Assembly (NCBI GenBank): GCA_029240695.1
Contig: JARDZU010000003.1
Span: 1 to 36,668 of the forward strand
Length of the DNA stretch: 36,668 nt
Direction of reading: 5' to 3'
DNA from: Acidimicrobiia bacterium
Lineage (GTDB): Bacteria; Actinomycetota; Acidimicrobiia; Spongiisociales; ZC4RG35
Part shown: piece by piece, positions 1 through 8,269 of the stretch
Layout of the letters: every line of letters starts with the position of its first letter
How positions within the stretch are numbered: position 1 is the first letter of the stretch
The notes under the pieces: generated by a model
Told to the model about the DNA's origin: nothing
What the model saw: only the letters and a program-made list of their open reading frames with translations
Database searches by the model: none
Program-made: the position numbers and the translations under genes

Positions 1-275
1 TGAAGAGCGAGGATTCATTCGCTCCGGTGGTCAACGGCCTGATCCTCCCCGTCCTGCTCCTGTCGGGGATCCTCCTGCCCATGACGCTCGCCCCGGGCTG
101 GCTCCAAACCATGGCCGACGTGAATCCTTTGACCCACATCGTCGACGGGGTGAGGGCGATGTATCGCGGCGAGCTCGCATCGACCGACGCCTGGCTCGGC
201 GCCGTTCTCACCGTCGGCCTCTTGGTCGTCGGCGTCTTCTACGGGGGGCGGGTCTTCCGCAAGGAATCCGCCTGA
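1..275 (+). CDS. ABC-2 type transporter permease, C-terminal fragment (5' end outside window)
   Basis: Frame is open from position 3 (KSEDSFAPVVNGLILPVLLLSGILLP...). LLSG.LLP, P.WL and NPLTHIVDGVRA are typical of the ABC-2 permease C-terminus. Ends with a TM helix. Confidence 0.85.
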   Translation, partial: KSEDSFAPVVNGLILPVLLLSGILLPMTLAPGWLQTMADVNPLTHIVDGVRAMYRGELASTDAWLGAVLTVGLLVVGVFYGGRVFRKESA

Positions 276-331
276 ATCTCTCCCCCCGAAGGGGGGAATA
301 CCGGTGCAGCAGAGAGGGGAGAACATTCAGG
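271..331. repeat. Nested inverted repeat (REP-like or terminator-like hairpin)
   Basis: Inner TCCCCCC-GAA-GGGGGGA (281-297). Outer CCTGAAT (271-277) pairs with ATTCAGG (325-331). Confidence 0.5.
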
Positions 332-362
332 TATCGGCCGGGGTTGGCTCGGCCGATACCAT
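330..362 (+). promoter_or_regulatory. 11-bp perfect dyad overlapping the putative leaderless -10 box of pfkA
   Basis: GGTATCGGCCG (330-340) / CGGCCGATACC (350-360). TACCAT at 357-362 lies 6 nt before GTG 369. Confidence 0.5.
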
Positions 363-368
363 CACATC

Positions 369-1484
369 GTGGCGAGAAGCATCGGGATACTCACTGCCGG
401 CGGCGACAGCCCCGGTCTGAATGCCGCCATCAGGGCCGTGGGCAAGGCCGCCCAGCGTGCCTACGGGATGCACGTCATCGGCTTCTATGACGGTTTCCTG
501 GGCCTGATGCAGAACCGGTTCGTACGATTCGACTCCGATTCTCTGTCGGGAATCCTCACCAGGGGAGGCACCGTCCTTGGCACCAGTCGGGCCAAGGTCG
601 ACAAGATGGAGATGGGCGACGGCAGACGCATGGACATGCGGTCCCTGATGCGTGACGTCGTCGATCAACACGATCTCGAGGCCCTCGTGGTCCTGGGCGG
701 CGACGGCACGATGCGCAACGCTCTCAAGCTCGAAGACGTCGGCATAAAGGTCCTGGCCCTTCCCAAGACAATCGACAACGACGTCACCGGGACCGACGTC
801 ACTTTCGGCTTCGACACTGCGATGGGGATTGCCACTGAGGCCATCGACCGGTTGCATTCGACCGCTCACTCCCATCACCGAATCATCCTCGCCGAGGTAA
901 TGGGGCATGAGGTGGGGTGGCTGGCGCTGGGTGCTGGGCTCGCCGGTGGTGCCGATGTGATCCTCATCCCCGAGATCCCATACGACATCGAGGCCATTGC
1001 CTCGTCTATCCAGGCGAGGAAGGCGGCGGGCAGCGCCTTCTCCATCATTGCTGTGGCCGAGGGCGCATATTCCAGGGAGGACTCCCGCCTCCGGGCCTCA
1101 CTCCTGGCGGACATGGATAGCACCGAGGGGGAAGATCGACGCGCCGTCAAGGAGAGCCTGACGGCTCTCGCCAGATCAGCACGGACCGAGAAGCTCGCCG
1201 CCGCCCTCGAAGAGGTCACCGGGCTCGAGTCGAGGGTGACGATCCTCGGGCATGTTCAGCGCGGGGGCACACCCTCCCCAGCCGACCGTCTCCTCGCCAC
1301 GAGACTGGGCACGGCGACCGCTTCCTACATCGCCGATAGCGTGCACGGCGTACTGGTGGCGGCCAGAGGGCAATCGACCGAGGCGGTGCCTCTGAAGAAA
1401 ATCGCGGGGATCACCAAGTTCGTGCCCCTCGATCATCCTTGGGTGGCCTCCGCACGGAGCCTCGGCATCGTCCTGGGAGACTGA
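369..1484 (+). CDS. pfkA: 6-phosphofructokinase (PfkA family, group III type)
   Basis: [58 protein letters not shown] motifs. Confidence 0.95.
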   Translation: MARSIGILTAGGDSPGLNAAIRAVGKAAQRAYGMHVIGFYDGFLGLMQNRFVRFDSDSLSGILTRGGTVLGTSRAKVDKMEMGDGRRMDMRSLMRDVVDQHDLEALVVLGGDGTMRNALKLEDVGIKVLALPKTIDNDVTGTDVTFGFDTAMGIATEAIDRLHSTAHSHHRIILAEVMGHEVGWLALGAGLAGGADVILIPEIPYDIEAIASSIQARKAAGSAFSIIAVAEGAYSREDSRLRASLLADMDSTEGEDRRAVKESLTALARSARTEKLAAALEEVTGLESRVTILGHVQRGGTPSPADRLLATRLGTATASYIADSVHGVLVAARGQSTEAVPLKKIAGITKFVPLDHPWVASARSLGIVLGD

Positions 1485-1486
1485 GA

Positions 1487-2053
1487 ATGACTCTGCTCGG
1501 CGCTGTCCTCGCCGGCGGCGCCAGTCGGCGCATGGGCACGGACAAGGCCGATGTCGAGATCTCAGGGTCCACCCTCCTCGACCGTGTGACGTCGGCCGTG
1601 GCCGAGGTCACGGACAGGGTGGTGGTCCTCGGTGGGCAGCGCGAGGGTTACGAGACCTGGCCCGACGAGGCACCCGGCTCCGGGCCCCTGGCCGGGTTGG
1701 CGACCGCCCTGAGCCGAATGACGGAGGACCGGGCCCTGGTGGTCGCAGTCGACAACGCATTCGTCCAGGCCGGAACCCTTGCTCATCTTGCATCCGTCGA
1801 GTCGGACCTGCCCGTGGTGCCGGTCGATCACAGCGGGGTGCGTCAGGTCACTTGTGCCGTATACCCGCGCCAGATCGCCGGTCAGGCGCTCGAGGAGGCG
1901 GAGTCGGGTGGTTCGGTCCAGACTTTGCTCGACCGTGTCTCCTTCCTACCGGTCACGCCCGAACAGTGGGAGGCGTGGGGCGAGGACGGCCGGAGCTGGT
2001 ACTCGGTGGACAGCTCTGAAGCCCTCGCCACCGGGATGCGCCGCTTCACCTGA
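1487..2053 (+). CDS. mobA: Molybdenum cofactor guanylyltransferase
   Basis: LAGGASRRMGTDKA N-terminal motif, GPLAGL and VAVD. ATG 1487 lies 2 nt after the pfkA stop and is a better start than the ORF-track 1439. Confidence 0.85.
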   Translation: MTLLGAVLAGGASRRMGTDKADVEISGSTLLDRVTSAVAEVTDRVVVLGGQREGYETWPDEAPGSGPLAGLATALSRMTEDRALVVAVDNAFVQAGTLAHLASVESDLPVVPVDHSGVRQVTCAVYPRQIAGQALEEAESGGSVQTLLDRVSFLPVTPEQWEAWGEDGRSWYSVDSSEALATGMRRFT

Positions 2054-2060
2054 GCCTCGG

Positions 2061-3296
2061 TCAGAGTTCGGCCCGCTCCTCGAGGAAGCGTCTTTCTGTC
2101 TCGTTGGCGGTGAGCGAGAGGGCACGATCCAGTGCCTCACGCGCCTCTGTCTCCTCTCCCAATTCGCGCAGCATCTCGCTTCGGGCGAGATGAAAGGCGT
2201 GATACCCGTCGAGAGCTCCTGCCAGATCACCCAACGCGGCCAGGCCTTCGGTGGCGCCGAATGCCTCGAACACCGCGACCGCACGGTTGAGCCGGACCAC
2301 CGGTGCGGGGTGGATCGACGTCAGGCGGTCGTACAACTCGACGATATGGGCACGGTCGGTCGCATCTGTCGACGGCGCCATGGCGTGTTGTGCAGCTATC
2401 TCGGCCTGCAGCTGATAGGGCCCGGGTCGCCCGAGCCGCCGAGCACGTTCCAGTACGTCGAGGCCGGCGCCGATCGCTCCTGTGTCCCAGCGTGAGCGAT
2501 CCTGATCACGAAGCAGGACCAGTCGGCCCAACTCGTCGACCCGGGCATCACGACGGCTGTGCTGGAGCAGCATCAGGGCGTGGAGCCCGAGGACCTCTGG
2601 TTCGTCGGGCATCAGGTCTGATATCAACGAGGCCAGCCTGATGGCTGATTCGGCGAGGTCGGTCCTGACCAGGTCATCACCCGTCGTGGCGAAGTAACCC
2701 TCGTTGAACACGAGATACACGACGGCGAGCACCGCCGAGAGCCGGTCGCCCAGGTCGACGCCGGTGGGGACCCGGAACGGGATGCCGGCGTCCCGAATTT
2801 TCGATTTGGCCCTGACCAATCGCTGGGCCATGGTCGGCTCTGGGACGAGAAAGGCGTGAGCGATCTCGAGTGTGGTGAGCCCTCCGACGGTGCGCAGGGT
2901 CAGGGCGACCTGCTTGTCGGTCGCCAGCGACGGGTGACAACAGGCGAAGAGCATCTCGAGACGGTCGTCTCCGAGGGATAGGTCGGTCACGCCTTCGGGA
3001 GGGCTGTCACGGTCTGCCTTCTCGTAACCGGCCAGGATGGAGGTCTTCCTCACCAGCGTGGCCTGGCGGCGGATGCGGTCGATGCCCCGACGTTGGGCGA
3101 CCGCCGAAATCCAGCCGGGCGGATTGTCGGGGATTCCCTTCTCCGGCCAGCTGCGGAGCGCCTCGACAAGAGCATCCTGAACCGCTTCCTCGGCCAGGTC
3201 GATGTCGCGGAATCGAGTGGCCAGCCCGGAGAGGACCACGGCATACGACTCCCTGAACACCGCCTCGATGACATCCTTGTGGTCTACCGAGCTCAT
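2061..3296 (-). CDS. ECF sigma factor with long C-terminal TPR-like extension (ECF42 / DUF6596 type)
   Basis: Sigma2 [11 protein letters not shown]...G.P.NP.GW; [12 protein letters not shown]; [13 protein letters not shown]; VYLVFNEGY; DQDRSRWD; [11 protein letters not shown]; [16 protein letters not shown] precedes ATG 3296. Confidence 0.9.
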   Translation of the reverse strand: MSSVDHKDVIEAVFRESYAVVLSGLATRFRDIDLAEEAVQDALVEALRSWPEKGIPDNPPGWISAVAQRRGIDRIRRQATLVRKTSILAGYEKADRDSPPEGVTDLSLGDDRLEMLFACCHPSLATDKQVALTLRTVGGLTTLEIAHAFLVPEPTMAQRLVRAKSKIRDAGIPFRVPTGVDLGDRLSAVLAVVYLVFNEGYFATTGDDLVRTDLAESAIRLASLISDLMPDEPEVLGLHALMLLQHSRRDARVDELGRLVLLRDQDRSRWDTGAIGAGLDVLERARRLGRPGPYQLQAEIAAQHAMAPSTDATDRAHIVELYDRLTSIHPAPVVRLNRAVAVFEAFGATEGLAALGDLAGALDGYHAFHLARSEMLRELGEETEAREALDRALSLTANETERRFLEERAEL

Positions 3297-3330
3297 CCCT
3301 CCCAAGTCTCGTCGCCAACATCACCCAGGA

Positions 3331-3358
3331 TGTCGAACACGACAACCCCGTGTCGACT
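3331..3358. promoter_or_regulatory. Putative ECF42-type promoter, readable on both strands
   Basis: Plus strand: TGTCGA(3331-3336)-N17-CGAC(3354-3357). Minus strand: AGTCGA-N17-CGAC pointing at the sigma gene. Resembles the ECF42 consensus as I recall it (-35 TGTCGA, -10 CGA/TC). Confidence 0.5.
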
Positions 3359-3366
3359 CCTACCCG

Positions 3367-3416
3367 CGAACCTGAGGTTCTGCGTCACGTATTTGTTACG
3401 GAGAGCCTCAGCTTCG
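3367..3416. repeat. 50-bp palindromic element, copy A
   Basis: CGAACCTGAGG-ttctgcgtcacgtatttgttacggagag-CCTCAGCTTCG (11+28+11). Confidence 0.85.
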
Positions 3417-3436
3417 TCTCAGACAGGGCCCCCGGT

Positions 3437-3486
3437 TGAACCTGAGGCGGTTGGTAACGCATTTGTTACGTGCAACCTCAGGTTCG
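3437..3486. repeat. 50-bp palindromic element, copy B (70 bp after A)
   Basis: TGAACCTGAGG-cggttggtaacgcatttgttacgtgcaa-CCTCAGGTTCG (11+28+11). Confidence 0.85.
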
Positions 3487-3515
3487 GGGCAGCAGAACCC
3501 CTATTCTCGCCAACC

Positions 3516-4040
3516 GTGCCACTCCACCTGCCCGAGCCGAAGATCGATCCTGGGGCTTTCGTGGCTCCGGGGGCCCACATCTACGGCGATGTGACCCTTC
3601 GACACGGGGTTTTCGTTCTCTTTGGGGTGGTGATTCGGGCGGAGCTCGATCGGGTCGAAGTCGGTGCAGAGACGAACATCCAGGACAACTCGGTCCTCCA
3701 CTGTGACGAAGACGTGCCGTGCGTGCTCGGGAGGCGGGTGACAGTCGGCCATGCAGCCGTCGTCCACGGTGCCCTGGTCGGGGACAGGTGTCTCATCGGG
3801 ATCGGCGCCAGGCTGCTCAACCGCTCACGTCTGGGCGAAGGCGCCTGGCTCGCCTCGGGCTCCGTCCTTACCGAAGGCAAGGACGTACCACCCTGGACCC
3901 TGGGGCTGGGCATCCCGGCGAAGCCGGTGCGGGAGCTGACCGAGGCAGAGATTCAGAGAGCCGACGAGGGCGTCGACCACTACCAGGAGCTCATGGAGAG
4001 GTACCGCGGGCACCTCGGAGCCGGATCAGGGACTGAATAG
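3516..4040 (+). CDS. Gamma carbonic anhydrase family protein (YrdA/PaaY-like hexapeptide repeat)
   Basis: IDPGAFVAPGAHIYGDV, VIRAE, TNIQDNSVLH, TVGHAAVVHG metal-binding His motifs. GTG 3516 follows TATTCT (3502-3507). The upstream extension in the ORF track is non-coding. Confidence 0.9.
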   Translation: MPLHLPEPKIDPGAFVAPGAHIYGDVTLRHGVFVLFGVVIRAELDRVEVGAETNIQDNSVLHCDEDVPCVLGRRVTVGHAAVVHGALVGDRCLIGIGARLLNRSRLGEGAWLASGSVLTEGKDVPPWTLGLGIPAKPVRELTEAEIQRADEGVDHYQELMERYRGHLGAGSGTE

Positions 4041-4072
4041 GTCGACCGCCCGCCGCGCCCTACGATGAGACC

Positions 4073-5503
4073 GTGGCCAAGGAGGTAGCCGTCCCCCTCA
4101 CCAAAGGCCCCCGCGAGGCGTGTGGGGTCTTCGCCGCCTACACACCCCGGCAACGGGTCTCCAGCCTGATCTACTTCGGCCTCTACGGGCTTCAGCATCG
4201 GGGCCAGGAGTCAGCCGGCATTGCGACATCGAACGGGGAGACAGTCACGGTGTTCAAGGACTTGGGCCTCGTGTCCCAGGTCTTCGACGAGCCCGCGCTC
4301 GCCGGTCTGGACGGTCACCTGGGCATCGGACACACCCGATACTCGACGACCGGCTCCAACAATTGGGCCAACGCCCAGCCAGCACATCGACAGGTCGGTG
4401 CCACGAGCATCGCCCTCGGGCACAACGGGAACCTGACCAACACCCCCCAGCTGGCTGAGCGCCTCGGAATTCGGGGGGCGACGACCGACTCGGACCTCAT
4501 GGCCGAAGGCATCGCCCGGGCCATCGACGACGAGCGCTCCGACCAGCGTGGCCTCGAGATGGCGGTGATGGAGGTGGCCCCTACATGGGAGGGCGCCTTC
4601 TCACTCGTGATCATGGATCAGGGCCACGTCATTGGGTTGCGGGACCCCAACGGGTTCCGCCCTCTCTGCCTCGGCTCATTGCCCGACGGCGGATGGGTTC
4701 TGTCCTCGGAGACTGCCGCCCTCGATCTGGTGGGCGCGAGATTCGTCCGCGAGATCGCGGCCGGGGAGATGGTGGTGATCGACGCAGTCGGGGTGCACAG
4801 CTTCTACCCGTTCTCGGCCACAGACCCGACACTCTGTCTCTTCGAGTTCGTCTACTTCGCCCGGCCCGACAGCCAGATGTACGGGCGCGGGATCCACGCG
4901 GCGAGACGGCAGATGGGCGAGACATTGGCCGCCGAGCACCCGGCCGACGCCGACGTGGTCGTCCCGGTACCCGAGTCAGGGCTACCCGCTGCTCAGGGAT
5001 TCGCCGCCGCCAGCGGTATCCCTTACTCCGACGGCCTGGTGAAGAACCGCTACATCGGTCGCACCTTCATCGAGCCCAGCCAGAGCCTGCGTGATCGAGG
5101 GATCAGGCTCAAGCTGAACCCGATACCGGACAACCTCAGGGATAAGCGGGTGGTCCTGGTCGACGACTCGATCGTGCGCGGCTCGACAACCCGGAAGCTG
5201 GTCCACATGGTGCGCGACGCCGGAGCCACCGAAGTCCATCTCCGCGTGTCTTCCCCTCCTTACCGCTGGCCATGTTTCTACGGCATGGACACATCGGACC
5301 GGAGCACCCTGATCGCGGCGTCCCTCGAGGTCGACGAGATCAGAGAGCACATCGGGGCCGACTCCCTCGGTTACTTGTCATTGCAGGGCCTGCTCGATGC
5401 GACCGGAGTCGCCGACGCCGGGTTCTGCACGGCTTGTCTCTCCGGCAACTATCCGACCGAGGTCCCGGAGGCAGCAGACAAGTTCCAGCTCGAGCGCTCC
5501 TAA
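4073..5503 (+). CDS. purF: Amidophosphoribosyltransferase
   Basis: Propeptide then EACGVF; LQHRGQESAG; GHTRYST; VLVDDSIVRG PRPP motif; Fe-S cysteines CLFE, PCFYG, CTAC. Confidence 0.97.
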   Translation: MAKEVAVPLTKGPREACGVFAAYTPRQRVSSLIYFGLYGLQHRGQESAGIATSNGETVTVFKDLGLVSQVFDEPALAGLDGHLGIGHTRYSTTGSNNWANAQPAHRQVGATSIALGHNGNLTNTPQLAERLGIRGATTDSDLMAEGIARAIDDERSDQRGLEMAVMEVAPTWEGAFSLVIMDQGHVIGLRDPNGFRPLCLGSLPDGGWVLSSETAALDLVGARFVREIAAGEMVVIDAVGVHSFYPFSATDPTLCLFEFVYFARPDSQMYGRGIHAARRQMGETLAAEHPADADVVVPVPESGLPAAQGFAAASGIPYSDGLVKNRYIGRTFIEPSQSLRDRGIRLKLNPIPDNLRDKRVVLVDDSIVRGSTTRKLVHMVRDAGATEVHLRVSSPPYRWPCFYGMDTSDRSTLIAASLEVDEIREHIGADSLGYLSLQGLLDATGVADAGFCTACLSGNYPTEVPEAADKFQLERS

Positions 5504-6478
5504 ATGACCACCTACGGGGAGGCCGGGGTAGATCTGGAAGGCGCCCACCGGCACGTCGAGGCTATCGCCAATCCGGTAACCGCCACGTGGACCGAAAACG
5601 TCATCGGCAACTTCGGTGGCTTCGCGGCGGGCGTCACCATTCCCGCCGGCTACCGCGAGCCCGTGCTGATGATGTCGACCGACGGGGTGGGAACGAAGCT
5701 GGAGCTGGCGAGGAGGGCCGGTCGCTGGGATGGAGTGGGCCAGGATCTCGTTGCGATGTGTGTCGACGACCTCGCCGCGGTAGGGGCGAGACCCCTCGGA
5801 TTCGTCGACTACCTGGCCGTCGGCGCCCTCAACGCGACGCGCGACCGGGCCATCGTCGAATCGGTGGCTGCGGCATGTGCCATCGCCGGGTGCCCCTTGC
5901 TGGGCGGGGAGACCGCTGAGCACCCCGGAGTGATGGAGCCCGATGCCGTCGACCTGGCCGGCGCGGTCATGGGCATCGTGGAGCGTGGCCAGGAGTTGGG
6001 CCCGACCCTGGTGACCGAGGGTGACGTCGTCGTGGGTCTCACCTCACCCAACCTGCGGTCGAATGGGTTCTCACTCGTCAGGGCGCTGTTTGGCGACGAC
6101 ATCGAGTCCCAGGTCGACCGATTTCTCGAACCCTCGGTCATCTACTCACCGGATGTCCTGAGAGCAGTAGAGGGTGGCGGGGTTCGAGCCGCAGCGCACA
6201 TCACCGGCGGTGGGCTGGCCGGGAATCTGGCGAGGGTCCTCCCTCCCGGGATGGGCGCCCACGTGGATACCGGTGCCTGGGAGGTGCCGCCCGTCTTCGA
6301 GACCATTGCGTCACGTGGTGCCCCCGATGCCGAGATGTGGTCCACATTCAACATGGGGATCGGCTTCTGCCTGGTGGTGACTCCAGACGCCGCCGAATCT
6401 GTGATTTCGACTGTCTCCGCCCACGAAGGAAGGGTCATCGGCGAGATCGGCGTCGGTGAAGGAGTTGCGCTCGGGTGA
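5504..6478 (+). CDS. purM: Phosphoribosylformylglycinamidine cyclo-ligase (AIR synthetase)
   Basis: Y.EAGVD, STDGVGTK, DLVAMCVDD, GGETAEHPG, SNGFSLVR, HITGGG, TFNMGIG. Abuts purF (TAA ATG). Confidence 0.97.
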   Translation: MTTYGEAGVDLEGAHRHVEAIANPVTATWTENVIGNFGGFAAGVTIPAGYREPVLMMSTDGVGTKLELARRAGRWDGVGQDLVAMCVDDLAAVGARPLGFVDYLAVGALNATRDRAIVESVAAACAIAGCPLLGGETAEHPGVMEPDAVDLAGAVMGIVERGQELGPTLVTEGDVVVGLTSPNLRSNGFSLVRALFGDDIESQVDRFLEPSVIYSPDVLRAVEGGGVRAAAHITGGGLAGNLARVLPPGMGAHVDTGAWEVPPVFETIASRGAPDAEMWSTFNMGIGFCLVVTPDAAESVISTVSAHEGRVIGEIGVGEGVALG

Positions 6479-7269
6479 AATTCACCGGCGCCTCGGCGGT
6501 GGCACCCGCCGGACAGGGGATCTGGAAAGCAGACGTACAGCCGGACTGGGACATCTTCGGGATCGCGAACGGCGGCTATCTGATGGCCATCGCCGCTCGG
6601 GCGATGTCAGCCGCGGCTGGGGGCCGTCTTCCGGTGAGCGTCACCGCCCATTTCACGAGGCCGGTCGCGGCAGGCGCTGTCATGGTGACGGTGGACCCTG
6701 TGAAAGCGGGTCGCACTTTCTCCACCCTGCGGGCCACCTTGACCGCCGAATCCGATTCCATCTCGCTCCTGGGCAGTTTCGCCGAGCCACAATCCGGCGC
6801 CGTCGAGCCCCTCTATGCGGCAGCCGCTCCACCGGAGATGCCGCCACCAGAGGAGTGCATCCGCGCCGTTCCCTCGGTGGACGGGCCCCTTCCCCCACCG
6901 CTGATGGCCCAGTTCGAAGAGCGAATCCACCCCGAAGACGTCGGGCCGCTGCAAGGTGAGCCCAGCGGCACAGCCCAGATGCGAGGGTGGTTTCGACTCC
7001 ACGATGGTGAGCCGCTGGACGCCTTCACGCTGCTGCTCGCAGCCGACTCCTTCCCACCCGCGGTCTTCAACGCCGACCTTCCCCTCGCCTGGACCCCGAC
7101 CCTGGAGATGACCACCCAGATCCGCGGCGTACCCGTCCCGGGTTGGCTGAGGTGTCAGTTCTCGACGCGTTTCGTGACCGGCGGCCTGCTCGAGGAAGAC
7201 GGGGAGATATGGGACGAGGCCGGCCACCTCGTCGCCCTATCCCGTCAGTTAGCCCTCGTCCCCCGCTGA
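6475..7269 (+). CDS. Acyl-CoA thioesterase-like double hot-dog fold protein
   Basis: W...GIANGGYL, SVTAHF.RP, K.GRTFS, LLAADSFPP, WTPTLEMT, EEDGEIWDE.G.LVALSRQLA. GTGA overlap with purM. Confidence 0.85.
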   Translation: MKFTGASAVAPAGQGIWKADVQPDWDIFGIANGGYLMAIAARAMSAAAGGRLPVSVTAHFTRPVAAGAVMVTVDPVKAGRTFSTLRATLTAESDSISLLGSFAEPQSGAVEPLYAAAAPPEMPPPEECIRAVPSVDGPLPPPLMAQFEERIHPEDVGPLQGEPSGTAQMRGWFRLHDGEPLDAFTLLLAADSFPPAVFNADLPLAWTPTLEMTTQIRGVPVPGWLRCQFSTRFVTGGLLEEDGEIWDEAGHLVALSRQLALVPR

Positions 7270-8259
7270 GAAGGATTCGAGATCGAGGAGCAGCGCGGTC
7301 TTCCTCCTGTCATCGAGGAACGATGAGTTGATCGAGTTGCGGGCGATGACCGTGATCGTGGCATCGTCGAGGCCCAGATCATCCCGGACACCGCGGTAAT
7401 TGTCGCCGATATACCCACCGAAGTACGCAGGGTCGTCGGAGTTGACCGACACCACCAGCCCTGCCTCGATCATCGCGGGAAGCGGATGTCGTGCCAGATC
7501 CTCGACGACCTTCAGGGCCACGTTGGACAAAGGGCACACCGTGAGCGGAACCTTGTCGCGGCTCAGCCTCGCCACCAGCTCCGGGTCCTCGAGGCTGCGC
7601 ACACCGTGATCGATCCGCTCCGCTCCGAGGACGTCGAGGGCGGCTCGGACGTACTCTGGCGGGCCCTCCTCTCCGGCATGGGCGACGGAGCGAAGACCGA
7701 GCTGCCGGGCCCGGGCAAAGGCCCTCTCGAACAGGTGCGGAGGGCGACCGCGCTCCGACGAATCGATCCCGACCCCGATAACCCCGTCGAGGAACGGCTC
7801 GGCCTCCTCGATCGTGGAGACGGCCTCTTCCCCCGACAGATGACGGAGAAAGCACATGATCAGGTCTGCACTGATTCCCCGCCGTCTCCGGCCATCCGAG
7901 ATGGCATCCCGGAATCCCCTCATGAACACTTCGAAGCCGATGCCCCGCCCGGTATGGCTCTGGGGATCGAAGAAGATCTCGGCATGTCGCACCCCATCGT
8001 CGGCAGCCCGGTCGAGGTAGGCGGTCATGAGGTCGTAGAAATCATCCGGAGTGCGGAGGACCTCGCCACCCTGGTAGTAGATGTCGAGGAACGACTGGAG
8101 GTCGCTGAATCGGTAGGCGGCATGGACCTGGTCGATGTCCTCGAAAGGCAGCGACAGGCCGTTTCGGGTGGCGAGGCGAAACATCATGTCCGGCTCCAGC
8201 GTGCCCTCTATATGGACATGCAACTCCGCCTTGGGGAGACGGGTGATCAGATCGTCCAT
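7249..8259 (-). CDS. add: Adenosine/adenine deaminase (probably adenine-deaminase subtype)
   Basis: PKAELHVHIEGTL, EIFFDPQ, VAHAGEEG, RIDHG, TVCPLSN, NSDDPAYFGGY. Confidence 0.92.
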   Translation of the reverse strand: MDDLITRLPKAELHVHIEGTLEPDMMFRLATRNGLSLPFEDIDQVHAAYRFSDLQSFLDIYYQGGEVLRTPDDFYDLMTAYLDRAADDGVRHAEIFFDPQSHTGRGIGFEVFMRGFRDAISDGRRRRGISADLIMCFLRHLSGEEAVSTIEEAEPFLDGVIGVGIDSSERGRPPHLFERAFARARQLGLRSVAHAGEEGPPEYVRAALDVLGAERIDHGVRSLEDPELVARLSRDKVPLTVCPLSNVALKVVEDLARHPLPAMIEAGLVVSVNSDDPAYFGGYIGDNYRGVRDDLGLDDATITVIARNSINSSFLDDRRKTALLLDLESFSAGDEG

Positions 8260-8269
8260 GTCCGAAATC

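Noticed and set aside
281-300. C6-GAA-G6 dyad as a CsoR copper operator
   Set aside because: Lacks the TAC...GTA flanks and is 34 kb from copZ. No CsoR-like site is seen upstream of copZ either.
1487-2053. mobA as the cofactor-maturation partner of the xanthine dehydrogenase
   Set aside because: The LAGG.SRRMG.DK motif is MobA (GTP) type. PucD-type XDHs generally use MCD made by MocA/PucB (LAAG motif). It is also in an operon with pfkA.
2047-2071. ACCTGAG...TCAGAGTTCG resembling arms of the 50-bp element
   Set aside because: Spacing is wrong, and the symmetry is largely explained by two convergent TGA stop codons.
3367-3486. Two similar units with 70-bp period as a mini CRISPR array
   Set aside because: Only two units, the interiors diverge, no cas genes, and a further copy is dispersed 28 kb away. 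REP-like fits better.
3093-3515. N-terminal extension of the gamma-CA ORF in the track
   Set aside because: Overlaps the sigma gene antisense and the palindromic elements; homology begins at GTG 3516.
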